64,000 nt of DNA from Bacteroidales bacterium (GCA_004557405.1 SFDZ01000009.1:15014-79013); one strand, 5' to 3'; counted from the first letter of the stretch, positions 27,011 to 35,728 are shown. Notes: generated by a model from the letters alone, not told the origin. Numbers and translations are program-made.

Positions 27011-28137
27011 CGCTTTTCTTCGCTATCAAGTTCTAATTCTATATCCTCCATTTGTGGCAAAGCCGATTTTACATCCGCAAAAAGTTTTTCCGTTTCGTAT
27101 TGGGCTATACCAAGAGGTTGCGTCACACCACGCAAGGCGAATTTTGCTTTTGTGTCGCTTTTGGTACGACAAAGCAACAAACCTATTGTCGGATTATCCT
27201 CCGATGTCTTAACATATTCGTCCACAGCCGATATGTAAAAGTTCAGTTTGCTGACGAATTCGGGAATAAACTCCACTGCCTTAAGTTCAACCACCACATA
27301 GCAATGCAGTTTCAGATGATACATCAAAATGTCAAGGTAGTAATCATCGCCATCTACGGCCAAATGATACTGCCGCCCTACAAAAGAAAAACCTCGCCCC
27401 ATTTCAAGCAGGAAATCTGTAACTCTTTTTGTCAATTCTTTTTCAATGCTACGTTCATTCTGTAATGCGGCAGAACCAATAAAGTTGAAATTGTAAGGGT
27501 CTTTGAATGTGTGTTGTGCCAAATCGGATTGAATTGGCGGCAATGTATTGATGAAATTGTTGATGGATTTTCCTTTGGCGTATATGTAACCATTGGCGAT
27601 TTGCGCCAACATAACATCACGACTCCAGCCTTCTTGCTCTGTAGCCAGGATATAAAATGCGCGTTCTGCTATATCCTCAACTTTCGGGATTAGTGATATA
27701 TGGTGATACCAAGTGATTTGAGTGAGAGACACTTGAATATGATCTTTGCCTTTTTCTGCCAATTTGGCAAGTGGCACTTGCCAAAATTCAGAATTCTCCA
27801 ATTTGGCAAGCGGCACTTGCAGAATTGGGAAATCAGGATAGGCTTCGGCAAAACGCTTCATATTTCTCAAATTTCTATCTGAGTACCCCTTGTCATCGGG
27901 AAATGATGCAGCCAAATCTTTCGATAGCTGGGCGATAACTTGTGTTCCCCAACCTTGTTCTTTCTGCTTTTTTATGATGTCGGTGCCAATCTTCCAATAC
28001 AGAGCCAATAGTTCGGCATTAACACAGAGCACGGCTTTGTATTTTGCTTGTGCTATCAATGTTACAATATCCTGCCGCCAATTTTCGTAGCCTTCGGGCA
28101 TAAAGCCAGCTTTAATTATGTTTTCTATATCTTTCAT
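27007..28137 (-). CDS. YhcG/DUF1016-family PD-(D/E)xK nuclease
   Basis: 376 aa. N-terminal DUF1016-type helical domain (LYWKIGTDII..Q.EQGWG..VI.QLS.DL...FP...GYS.RNL..M..F). Nuclease core GDDYYLDILMYHLKLHCYVVVELKAVEF. ATGA overlaps on both sides. Confidence 0.8.
   Translation of the reverse strand: MKDIENIIKAGFMPEGYENWRQDIVTLIAQAKYKAVLCVNAELLALYWKIGTDIIKKQKEQGWGTQVIAQLSKDLAASFPDDKGYSDRNLRNMKRFAEAYPDFPILQVPLAKLENSEFWQVPLAKLAEKGKDHIQVSLTQITWYHHISLIPKVEDIAERAFYILATEQEGWSRDVMLAQIANGYIYAKGKSINNFINTLPPIQSDLAQHTFKDPYNFNFIGSAALQNERSIEKELTKRVTDFLLEMGRGFSFVGRQYHLAVDGDDYYLDILMYHLKLHCYVVVELKAVEFIPEFVSKLNFYISAVDEYVKTSEDNPTIGLLLCRTKSDTKAKFALRGVTQPLGIAQYETEKLFADVKSALPQMEDIELELDSEEKR
27759..27820. repeat. 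39-nt in-frame tandem duplication inside the YhcG gene, containing a 23-bp palindrome
   Basis: CCAATTTGGCAAGTGGCACTTGC (27759-27781) and CCAATTTGGCAAGCGGCACTTGC (27798-27820) match at 22/23 with a 39-nt period, encoding QVPLAKL twice. TTTGGCAAGTG-G-CACTTGCCAAA (27763-27785) is a perfect palindrome. Confidence 0.9.
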
Positions 28138-31100
28138 CGCTTCATTTTCTTATTCAATATTTCAAGCAACGCGCAGATTTCCGCATTGCTGTTGCCCGAA
28201 AGTATCGCGTTTATTTTTGCCTCTAACTCCGAAACTCGCTTTTTGTCCTTTTCAGGCAGAATGTATGTCTGCGTTCTGATGCTTGTTCCGCTATTCGTCA
28301 CCATATCAAACGAATAGGCGACATCACTGTCAGAAATTGCTTTCTTTGAAATGTCGGCGTACTTTTCGCACTCGCGAAAAAGGAACACCAAGTCATCGGC
28401 TAACTTATCCTCTTCTTCGTCGCGCAGCGATTCGAGTTTATGTTCCAGAATCGGATAACAAATGGACTGATACCACAATGTGCGGTTGTCATACTCTGCC
28501 ATCACGTGCTGATAGAATTCCTTTTGCTTGGCTGTCAGCAAATGCGTTTTGACATTTGCCAACCGTTGCCTGATTTCCTCAACATACTCGTTGTAGTCGG
28601 CCGATTCAAGCCCAAGTCCGTCAACAAGACGGATTTCAAGGCGGTCGATGAGTTGCGAGTAGCACGAACGCAACTCGCGTATGGCCTTCTGTATCACATT
28701 GCCGTATTCTTCGATGTCGGTGTCAGATTTCGTTTTTTTCGTAAATCCTAAAGCGTCGGGTAAATCTTCGAAAAACGCCTTTTCGGGATCTTTGGCCGTT
28801 GCCAGAATATCGCGGAAGCGCATTGTGGATTTATGCGAGAACTTGCGGGTGTGCTTTGTGTAATCGTTTAACCTTTTGTAGAATAAAAGAAACGGCTTTA
28901 TGGTCTCGATAAAACTCTGCGTTGTAATATTGAACTCATCGCCTAAATTAACAAAGCGACGGTATTGGTTGAAGAAGTCGAGCCGTACGCCGTCCACCTC
29001 AAACGCCTTGACGGCATAGTCGGCGGGGTGCTTCTGCAGCAAATCGAAAAAGAGCATATCCACGTTGGGAATATATGCGCCTCGGTTTGTATCGTACAAG
29101 GCAAAATCCTGCCGCTTGATGAACAGGAACGTCGGTATCCAGAAATCGAGAAAACCTTGTTTCAGTTTGAAAGGCTGTGCTGACAGAATCTTTATCAGTT
29201 CCGATATTTTCCGCTGCTTGCCAACTGTGCTTTTCAGGAAACGCATACTCGCATTCCACAATGTGGCTATGCCATCGTTTGTGGGCGCATCAGCAAAACC
29301 GCTGCCTGTATGTAACCCTGTGTTTTTCAGCAATGAATAATAGATTGTTTTTTCGGGCGGAAATTTATCTTTTTCAAAACCTAAATCTACTTCATCATAA
29401 TGCTCGACAAGGGCGTTCAGATAGTTTTTGCGTGCCGAAGAAATTGCACCACTCAACTTGTGACGGTTGAACAACTCATTGAGCATTACAGGTGTCTCTG
29501 AATAAACTTCATCGCAAACTTTCGAGAGCAGTTTGTTGAAATCTTTATGTGAAGAAACCTTCTGTTTTTCGCCTTTGAAAATCCATACGACTTGATTTTT
29601 GTATGAGAAAAGGTTGTCGCTCACCGCTTTGTTGAGTAGCGTTTCCTCATATTCCTTCAGTCTCTGTATCTCGTTGTATGCTACACGGTCTGCTTCTTTG
29701 TCAATCAGCACTTTTGTCAGAATGTAATCGTATTTCTGAATGCTATACAGATGGTCAATGATTTTTTCGGTATTACTGAAATAAGCATAAATGACAGCGT
29801 GTTCTGTGTTTGCACTTGTTTCCTTGATGGTGTCGAGCGTATTTGCGTTGGCAGAAAAAATCAGCTCTATGTATCCGTCAGTATCACCCGTCGGCGTCAT
29901 GTCAACGGCATTTTCGCGTATTTCATACTCGAAATAACGGGGCGTGCCTTTATGGTAATAGTGAGCCTTGACTGGTGAAATGCGTTTGCTGACGAAGTGC
30001 CGCAAGTCATCGATAAAGGCTATCGGGCGTGCCACTTGAGTACCGGCTTTCTGAATCTCTAATTCCAAATCAATGTCGGTTCCTTCAAAAAGCAAAAGAC
30101 GCTGTTTGTATTCTGCATATCGTATGATTTTGAATCGTTGCAGTTTGCCGATAATATCTACAGCATCCTGCACGTTCATTGTCAAACGTGCATATTCAGC
30201 CATCTGTTCGGGCTTCATTGCAAAACTTGCTATTCCGAACAGATTCAGCAATCCGATAGCCTTCACAATTTTTATGGCATCTGTCATCTGCTCGGCATTG
30301 TTCCAATCCAACCCTTCAACTCTTTCGATAGAAACTTGTATTGAGTTCCAACCCATTGAGTCCATATTGGCATCTTTCAAGTATGAATAGAAGTTGTAAA
30401 CAATGTAGTCATATACGTGTGCCAAGTTGTAGGTCAGATTGGTGGTTGCTGTAAATTCGGACAATGAATTTGATCCGCAAGCAGCAAGGAACGAGAAAAG
30501 CGAGCGTTCGTTTTGTCCGTAACGCTGAATGGCGGCGGTAACAGCAAACGCCGAGAACGAGTCGAGCGGATAAAGTTGTTGTGCCGTTTCTGCGGAAAAT
30601 GCGTTGGAAACAAATTTTGTTTCAATAGCCAACTGATAGATTTGGCTTGCGGTTTCACTTCCTTTTTGCGGCAGGTTGGCATGCAACTGTTGCGAAGCCA
30701 AAAACAAAAGTTGTTCAATGGGTTCCACAAATGTTATTTCCTTGAACCTGCCTTTCACTTTTGTCCATTCGTTCTTCTGCGTTTCGGTCAGATTTCTGGC
30801 GTATGCTCCGAAGTTTTGGTGCAGCGTTGTCAGTAGCAATATATCGCGCGAAGGAACATTGATAAACTCCGCAAACTTCTGAAGAAAATACAACTCCTGT
30901 TCGGGATTGTTTTTGGCGGCGTGTTCCAGCACTTTGCCAAATTCGTCTATCACGATGAGCAAAAACTTATTCTGCTCTTTCAGTTGGTTGTAATACTTTT
31001 TCAACTCATCGAGAATGCTTTGCGACTGTCCGTCCATATTTAGATTTCGTCCCAACAAAGTGGAAAGTTCCATATAGTCGCCGACAATGTTCAGAATCTC

Positions 31101-31388
31101 AAAATCCGCTGTCTGCGAAAGATTTTTCGGATTCAACAGCCTTTTCGTCTTGTTGCCGCGGTTCAAATCCGATTCCAGAGCCAGAAGGAACGAAGATTTC
31201 CCTGTTCCGTATGTACCGATAATCGTAAACGAGTGTATTCCAGAACGAAAGTCGTCAATAATGTTTTGTGCTGCCTTTCTTCCGTTTGGAGTAACAATAT
31301 ATTGGAATTCAGCAGGGAATCCATTTTCAATATTTGCCGATAAGCTAAATCCTTTATTCATAGTAATTGTCCAATACTTGTTTTGCAT
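28134..31388 (-). CDS. Large P-loop NTPase (SspC-like / BrxC-PglY-sized ATPase)
   Basis: 1084 aa (1075 aa if the start is the second ATG at 31361). Walker A GTYGTGKS (aa 58-65), Walker B LLIVIDEFGK, then about 850 aa of mostly helical sequence. It overlaps the DUF4007 gene by 35 nt, or 8 nt from the second ATG. Confidence 0.7.
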   Translation of the reverse strand: MQNKYWTITMNKGFSLSANIENGFPAEFQYIVTPNGRKAAQNIIDDFRSGIHSFTIIGTYGTGKSSFLLALESDLNRGNKTKRLLNPKNLSQTADFEILNIVGDYMELSTLLGRNLNMDGQSQSILDELKKYYNQLKEQNKFLLIVIDEFGKVLEHAAKNNPEQELYFLQKFAEFINVPSRDILLLTTLHQNFGAYARNLTETQKNEWTKVKGRFKEITFVEPIEQLLFLASQQLHANLPQKGSETASQIYQLAIETKFVSNAFSAETAQQLYPLDSFSAFAVTAAIQRYGQNERSLFSFLAACGSNSLSEFTATTNLTYNLAHVYDYIVYNFYSYLKDANMDSMGWNSIQVSIERVEGLDWNNAEQMTDAIKIVKAIGLLNLFGIASFAMKPEQMAEYARLTMNVQDAVDIIGKLQRFKIIRYAEYKQRLLLFEGTDIDLELEIQKAGTQVARPIAFIDDLRHFVSKRISPVKAHYYHKGTPRYFEYEIRENAVDMTPTGDTDGYIELIFSANANTLDTIKETSANTEHAVIYAYFSNTEKIIDHLYSIQKYDYILTKVLIDKEADRVAYNEIQRLKEYEETLLNKAVSDNLFSYKNQVVWIFKGEKQKVSSHKDFNKLLSKVCDEVYSETPVMLNELFNRHKLSGAISSARKNYLNALVEHYDEVDLGFEKDKFPPEKTIYYSLLKNTGLHTGSGFADAPTNDGIATLWNASMRFLKSTVGKQRKISELIKILSAQPFKLKQGFLDFWIPTFLFIKRQDFALYDTNRGAYIPNVDMLFFDLLQKHPADYAVKAFEVDGVRLDFFNQYRRFVNLGDEFNITTQSFIETIKPFLLFYKRLNDYTKHTRKFSHKSTMRFRDILATAKDPEKAFFEDLPDALGFTKKTKSDTDIEEYGNVIQKAIRELRSCYSQLIDRLEIRLVDGLGLESADYNEYVEEIRQRLANVKTHLLTAKQKEFYQHVMAEYDNRTLWYQSICYPILEHKLESLRDEEEDKLADDLVFLFRECEKYADISKKAISDSDVAYSFDMVTNSGTSIRTQTYILPEKDKKRVSELEAKINAILSGNSNAEICALLEILNKKMKR

Positions 31389-32235
31389 CCAACTGCTGTG
31401 TAAACTGCAACTGCCTGATTCCTGCTACATCGCTGTAGGCCAAATAATTAGAATATTTTTCTGATAATATTTTCAGCATATCAATCACTTCCAGATCTGT
31501 CATACAAAATATTAATCCTAATTCGTGCAGAGTGTCGTATGGTATGCTGTTGTCGTTCTCCTCTTTTACCGTCAGCAAAGCAAACAGAAAAATGGCTGGA
31601 ATCACTTGTCGTTTGCCCTCTATGTTAAAGAAGTATCGGCTACGTTTGTCCTCTGAATTTTCCGTTTTATCACTTTGCCTGAGCAAATCCAAATCCATCA
31701 GTAGGGTTGAAAACTCCTCATTTGATTGCGGATTACGTGGTAAACAATAGTTCAACAACAAAACTCCGACATCCTTTTTGACTGTGTTTTCATTAAACAA
31801 ATTCGCTTTGCCCGCTTCAATCATTTTGCGCTTCACAAAATTGACCACTTGTTCTCGTTCGAACAGCCTGCGTTCTTTTTGGAAGTCAATAAAAAACATT
31901 TTGTATAAAGACGCTCCGCCAGTGTAAACTAAAAGGAAATGCAACAACCAAAGAGTCCCTAAATCTTCCGTAAATGGGTCTTTGCCAATATCAGTGCTAA
32001 AAATATACTCCGCAAGCCATTCTGTTTTTGCACCTTTATCCAATCCAAAAACTTTATACCAATAGCGAATAGATGATACCATGTTTTTGCCTACACCTAA
32101 ATCTACTACGGCATTGGGTGAGTTGAAATCTTTATGTGCTGTTACGAAATCATAACCTTTTTTCGTCCACAATGTTTTACAAGGAAATGATTCATGACCT
32201 GAGAATGTGTATGCTTTGTTATTGTGTACATCCAT
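31354..32235 (-). CDS. DUF4007-family protein (SspB-like, phosphorothioation-associated)
   Basis: 293 aa. The N-terminal block YTFSGHESFPCKTLWTKKGYDFV matches my recollection of the DUF4007 signature (F.rHEtF..R..Wl.Kg). As I recall, the family is described as co-occurring with PAPS-reductase genes. First gene of the operon. Confidence 0.6.
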   Translation of the reverse strand: MDVHNNKAYTFSGHESFPCKTLWTKKGYDFVTAHKDFNSPNAVVDLGVGKNMVSSIRYWYKVFGLDKGAKTEWLAEYIFSTDIGKDPFTEDLGTLWLLHFLLVYTGGASLYKMFFIDFQKERRLFEREQVVNFVKRKMIEAGKANLFNENTVKKDVGVLLLNYCLPRNPQSNEEFSTLLMDLDLLRQSDKTENSEDKRSRYFFNIEGKRQVIPAIFLFALLTVKEENDNSIPYDTLHELGLIFCMTDLEVIDMLKILSEKYSNYLAYSDVAGIRQLQFTQQLDAKQVLDNYYE

Positions 32236-32292
32236 AGTGCTTTGTTAGGAATCTCTAATAATAAGGGTATATCCCTTTATTTTTCAATTCCG

Positions 32293-32323
32293 CAAAAATA
32301 CAAAAAAAATGATATATGGCAAA
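32293..32323 (-). promoter_or_regulatory. Candidate Bacteroidota sigma-A promoter of the island operon
   Basis: Minus-strand TATTTTTG (32300-32293) is an exact TAnnTTTG match. TTTG (32323-32320) lies 19 nt upstream. The ATG of the first gene is at 32235. Confidence 0.45.
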
Positions 32324-32333
32324 AATCTTGTAC

Positions 32334-32362
32334 AAAAAAAGTGCAACCCTTGTGGGCTGCAC
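32334..32362 (-). terminator. dnaK intrinsic terminator
   Basis: Minus strand: GTGCAGCCC (32362-32354) - ACAA - GGGTTGCAC (32349-32341), followed by TTTTTTT (plus A-run 32334-32340). It lies 36 nt after the dnaK stop. Confidence 0.8.
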
Positions 32363-32397
32363 TCTCGTGTTGCGTGATAAACTATTGTTTATCCGAT

Positions 32398-34317
32398 TTA
32401 TTTCACTTCTTCGAAATCGGCATCTTGTACGTTGTCGTCGTTCTTGTCGTTGCTGTTGCCGGCTTGCTGTTGCGCATTGAAGTCGGCACCGGCGTTTTGC
32501 GCGCCTTGCTGCGCATTGGCGGCGTTGTACATGTCCTGACTTGCAGCGTGGAAGGCGGTGTTCATCGCTTCTATCGCTTTGTCGATGGCGTCCAAATCCT
32601 GTGCTTTGTGCGCTGCTTTCAGCTCTTCGAGGGCTTTTTCGATAGGCGCTTTTTTGTCGGCCGGAATCTTGTCGCCCAGCTCTTTCAGTTGTTTCTCGGT
32701 TTGGAATATCATGCCGTCGGCCTGATTCAGTTTGTCGATGCGTTCGCGTTCTTTCTTGTCGGCGTCGGCATTGGCTTCGGCTTCGGCTTTCATGCGTTTG
32801 ATTTCCTCTTCGCTCAAACCGCTCGATGCTTCGATGCGGATGGTCTGCTCTTTGCCGGTGGCTTTATCTTTGGCCGATACTTTCAGTATGCCGTTGGCAT
32901 CGATGTCAAATGTAACTTCGATTTGCGGAACGCCGCGCGGTGCGGCCGGAATGCCGTCGAGGTTGAACATACCGATTTGTTTGTTCTGGCTGGCCATCGG
33001 GCGTTCGCCTTGCAGCACGTTTATTTGTACCGATGGCTGATTGTCGCTGGCGGTGGAGAACACTTCCGATTTCTTGGTCGGAATGGTGGTGTTGGCTTCG
33101 ATGAGTTTGGTCATCACGCCACCCATGGTTTCGATGCCGAGCGATAGCGGTGTTACGTCAAGCAACAACACATCTTTCACTTCGCCGGTGAGCACGCCGC
33201 CTTGGATGGCTGCGCCTACGGCTACCACTTCGTCGGGGTTGACGCCTTTCGACGGCACTTTGCCGAAGAATTTCTCAACCAATTGTTGGATGGCCGGAAT
33301 ACGTGTCGAGCCGCCCACGAGGATCACTTCGTCGATGTCCGATTTGCTCAAACCGGCGGCCTTCAGCGCGTTTTCGCACGGTACCAAGCAGGCTTGTATC
33401 AGACGGTCGGCCAGTTGCTCGAATTTGGCGCGGGTCAGTGTTTTTACCAAGTGCTTCGGCACTCCGTTCACCGGCATGATGTAGGGCAGGTTTATTTCGG
33501 TCGAGGTCGAACTCGAGAGCTCGATTTTGGCTTTTTCGGCTGCCTCTTTCAAACGTTGCAGTGCCATCGGGTCTTGGCGCAAATCGACGCCTTCGTCCTT
33601 TTGGAATTCGTCGGCCAGCCAATCGATGATGACGTGGTCGAAATCGTCGCCGCCGAGGTGCGTGTCGCCGTTGGTTGATTTTACTTCGAATACGCCGTCG
33701 CCGAGTTCAAGAATCGAAATATCGAACGTGCCGCCGCCGAGGTCGAATACGGCGATTTTCATATCTTTGTTCGATTTGTCGAGACCGTAAGCCAAGGCGG
33801 CTGCGGTGGGCTCGTTGACGATACGGCGCACTTTCAGACCTGCAATCTCGCCGGCCTCTTTGGTGGCCTGACGTTGAGCGTCGCTGAAGTATGCCGGCAC
33901 GGTGATGACGGCTTCGTTCACCTCCTGACCGAGATAATCTTCGGCGGTTTTTTTCATTTTTTGCAGAATCATGGCCGAAATTTCTTGCGGCGTGTACAGC
34001 CGACCGTCAATATCGACGCGCGGCGTGTTGTTGTCGCCTTTCACCACTTTGTATGGTACGCGTTCAATCTCTTTGCCTACGCGGTCGTAGGTTTCGCCCA
34101 TGAAACGCTTGATAGAATAGACAGTTTTGTGCGGGTTCGTAACTGCTTGACGTTTAGCAGGATCGCCCACCTTGCGTTCGCCACCGTCGATGAAAGCCAC
34201 GATGGAAGGTGTTGTGCGTTTGCCTTCGCTGTTGGCTATTACGACAGGTTCATTTCCTTCGAGGACAGCCACACACGAGTTGGTTGTGCCTAAGTCGATA
34301 CCAATAATTTTTCCCAT
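32398..34317 (-). CDS. dnaK: Molecular chaperone DnaK (Hsp70)
   Basis: 639 aa. [41 protein letters not shown]. Confidence 0.98.
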   Translation of the reverse strand: MGKIIGIDLGTTNSCVAVLEGNEPVVIANSEGKRTTPSIVAFIDGGERKVGDPAKRQAVTNPHKTVYSIKRFMGETYDRVGKEIERVPYKVVKGDNNTPRVDIDGRLYTPQEISAMILQKMKKTAEDYLGQEVNEAVITVPAYFSDAQRQATKEAGEIAGLKVRRIVNEPTAAALAYGLDKSNKDMKIAVFDLGGGTFDISILELGDGVFEVKSTNGDTHLGGDDFDHVIIDWLADEFQKDEGVDLRQDPMALQRLKEAAEKAKIELSSSTSTEINLPYIMPVNGVPKHLVKTLTRAKFEQLADRLIQACLVPCENALKAAGLSKSDIDEVILVGGSTRIPAIQQLVEKFFGKVPSKGVNPDEVVAVGAAIQGGVLTGEVKDVLLLDVTPLSLGIETMGGVMTKLIEANTTIPTKKSEVFSTASDNQPSVQINVLQGERPMASQNKQIGMFNLDGIPAAPRGVPQIEVTFDIDANGILKVSAKDKATGKEQTIRIEASSGLSEEEIKRMKAEAEANADADKKERERIDKLNQADGMIFQTEKQLKELGDKIPADKKAPIEKALEELKAAHKAQDLDAIDKAIEAMNTAFHAASQDMYNAANAQQGAQNAGADFNAQQQAGNSNDKNDDNVQDADFEEVK

Positions 34318-34381
34318 AGTTGTATTGTTTTATTTGTTAATATTCAATTTTCATCGCCATTTGTCGGCGACAACTTTTTTT

Positions 34382-34398
34382 ACACAATTTGCGTGCCA
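34382..34398 (-). promoter_or_regulatory. -24/-12-like box TGGCACGCAAATTGTGT upstream of dnaK
   Basis: The gene-sense sequence shares TGGCACG..AAAT.GTG with the groES box. The -12 element is TTGT rather than TTGC. There is no TTTG, and hence no TAnnTTTG box, in the 64 nt between this motif and the dnaK ATG. Confidence 0.35.
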
Positions 34399-34460
34399 CA
34401 CACAAAAATTGCTCTTTCGACGGCAAAATGGCATTTTGTGGTACGATTAGTGGTTTTGTT

Positions 34461-34488
34461 ATGTCAGTTTTGCTGACATTTTGGCAGT
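34461..34488 (-). promoter_or_regulatory. Half-site cluster upstream of dnaK (ACTGCCA-AAA-TGTCAG-CAAAA-CTGACAT); candidate operator / upstream activating site
   Basis: Gene-sense reading of 34488-34461. ACTGCCAAAATGTCAG matches the groES element at 13 of 16 positions with identical spacing. It is followed by the perfect 7-5-7 palindrome ATGTCAG-CAAAA-CTGACAT. Confidence 0.45.
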
Positions 34489-34500
34489 AAAATTTGCTCC

Positions 34501-34529
34501 AAATAAAAAAGGCACTGCTGAGCAATGCC
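34501..34529 (-). terminator. Intrinsic terminator after the FISUMP-domain gene
   Basis: Minus strand: GGCATTGC / GCAGTGCC stem (one G-U pair, valid only on the minus-strand RNA), followed by TTTTTTATTT (plus A-rich run 34501-34510). Confidence 0.6.
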
Positions 34530-34554
34530 TTGTCGGTGTGCTGCGTGTCGCAGT

Positions 34555-35499
34555 TTATGGCACGATGATTTTGGTGGTCGCTGTGGCGGTTTTTACTATG
34601 TAAATGCCTCGTAAAGAGCCGTTTTCGTCGGTTACATCGCGGCCGAGCAGGTCGTAGATGCGGAACTCGTCGTTGCACAGAATGCGGCCTTTGTCGGCAT
34701 AAAGTGTCGTGTTGTCGGTAATGGCGGCTTGCGCTGTCGGCGTTGATGGATTTTTGATGCAGCGGCAGGTGGCTGTTGAGCGTTTGCTGCGGCTGTCGAG
34801 CGTGATGGCGGTTGTCTGCTTGGTGGTGTCGGCAGCGATGGCAAAAATGTAGGCTGACGCATCATTGCTTTTGTCGGGCGTGGCCAAAAACAAGCGTGTC
34901 GATTTGCCGATGTCAATGAATTGTCGGCTGTCTTGAAAGTAGTAGCCGGCGGGCAGCAGACCGAACCCGAAGTAGTTGTTGCCGCTCACTTTGTACCACC
35001 CGAGCGAGTCCATCAGCAGTGTGTGCTGCTGTTCGATGTAGGCGAGCAGGGTGTTTATTTCTGCTTGTTTGGGTACATGGTAACCGTTGGGACAGATGCC
35101 TTGGCGGTAGCCGCTCTCTTCGGCGGTCTTGTTGCTTGCAACTGCAGATGTGTAGCCCATGATGGCTGCCCAATTGTAGGTCAATCCCAGGCGGTTGCGC
35201 AGACTGTCGTTCATGTTTTTGTCTGTTTTGGCGGTTGCGTGTCGCCCGTCATAATAATAGGGTGCAACGCCGCCGTTGTTTTTTCCGGATTTGATGTAGT
35301 TGAAAATGGTGTCGCCGTAGGCTTCGCTCCGGGTGTCGTACACGCTGTCGGCTATGTTTTCGGCTGTCCATGTTTGTGTGCCAATGGTTACGATAGGGTA
35401 CGCGCGTCCGGTAACGGTGTTGTACACCGAGTCGTTTTGAGCGGCGATCGGCAGCATAAGGCTCAGTCCGGCGGCCAAGAGTGTGATTTGTTTACGCAT
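34555..35499 (-). CDS. FISUMP (Fibrobacter succinogenes major paralogous) domain protein with a T9SS C-terminal domain
   Basis: 314 aa with a signal peptide. IGTQTWTAENI ... GLTYNW ... GICPNGYHVP ... GFGLLPAGYY is the FISUMP pattern. C-terminus IYDLLGRDV....GIYIVK....TKIIV is CTD-like. Confidence 0.8.
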   Translation of the reverse strand: MRKQITLLAAGLSLMLPIAAQNDSVYNTVTGRAYPIVTIGTQTWTAENIADSVYDTRSEAYGDTIFNYIKSGKNNGGVAPYYYDGRHATAKTDKNMNDSLRNRLGLTYNWAAIMGYTSAVASNKTAEESGYRQGICPNGYHVPKQAEINTLLAYIEQQHTLLMDSLGWYKVSGNNYFGFGLLPAGYYFQDSRQFIDIGKSTRLFLATPDKSNDASAYIFAIAADTTKQTTAITLDSRSKRSTATCRCIKNPSTPTAQAAITDNTTLYADKGRILCNDEFRIYDLLGRDVTDENGSLRGIYIVKTATATTKIIVP

Positions 35500-35728
35500 A
35501 ATGATTTTGTTTTTAACGTTGTAAAATTATTTTTTACTTTTTCAGGCCGCAAAAGTACATACTTTTTTTGGCTATTCGCGTTTGTTTTTAGTTAAATATA
35601 GTTAATTTTTGCGCAAATTTCACTTTTTTGTTTGTTTTGTTTGTGCGTATGGCAGATTTTACCTACTTTTGCCTACTGATATGGTCAAATGATTGTTATT
35701 TTTGAAAAATCAAAAAAACTAAAAAGAA

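Larger units (their letters stand above)
18840..32333 (-). other. Low-GC genomic island: ten-gene Ssp/Dnd-related DNA modification and defence operon
   Basis: Bounded by the groEL terminator (18801-18839) and the dnaK terminator (32334-32362). All ten ORFs are on the minus strand with junctions between -35 and +6 nt. Hand-counted GC of 60-nt lines: 25% (21601), 30% (24181), 43% (20401), 48% (29401), against 55% in dnaK (33001). Confidence 0.8.

Noticed and set aside
34482-34497. TGGCAGTAAAATTTGC on the plus strand as a sigma-54 promoter.
   Set aside because: The spacing is one nt too long, and it points into the 3' end of the convergent FISUMP gene with no plus-strand gene to drive. The TGGCAGT part is better read, on the other strand, as the ACTGCCA half-site shared with groES.
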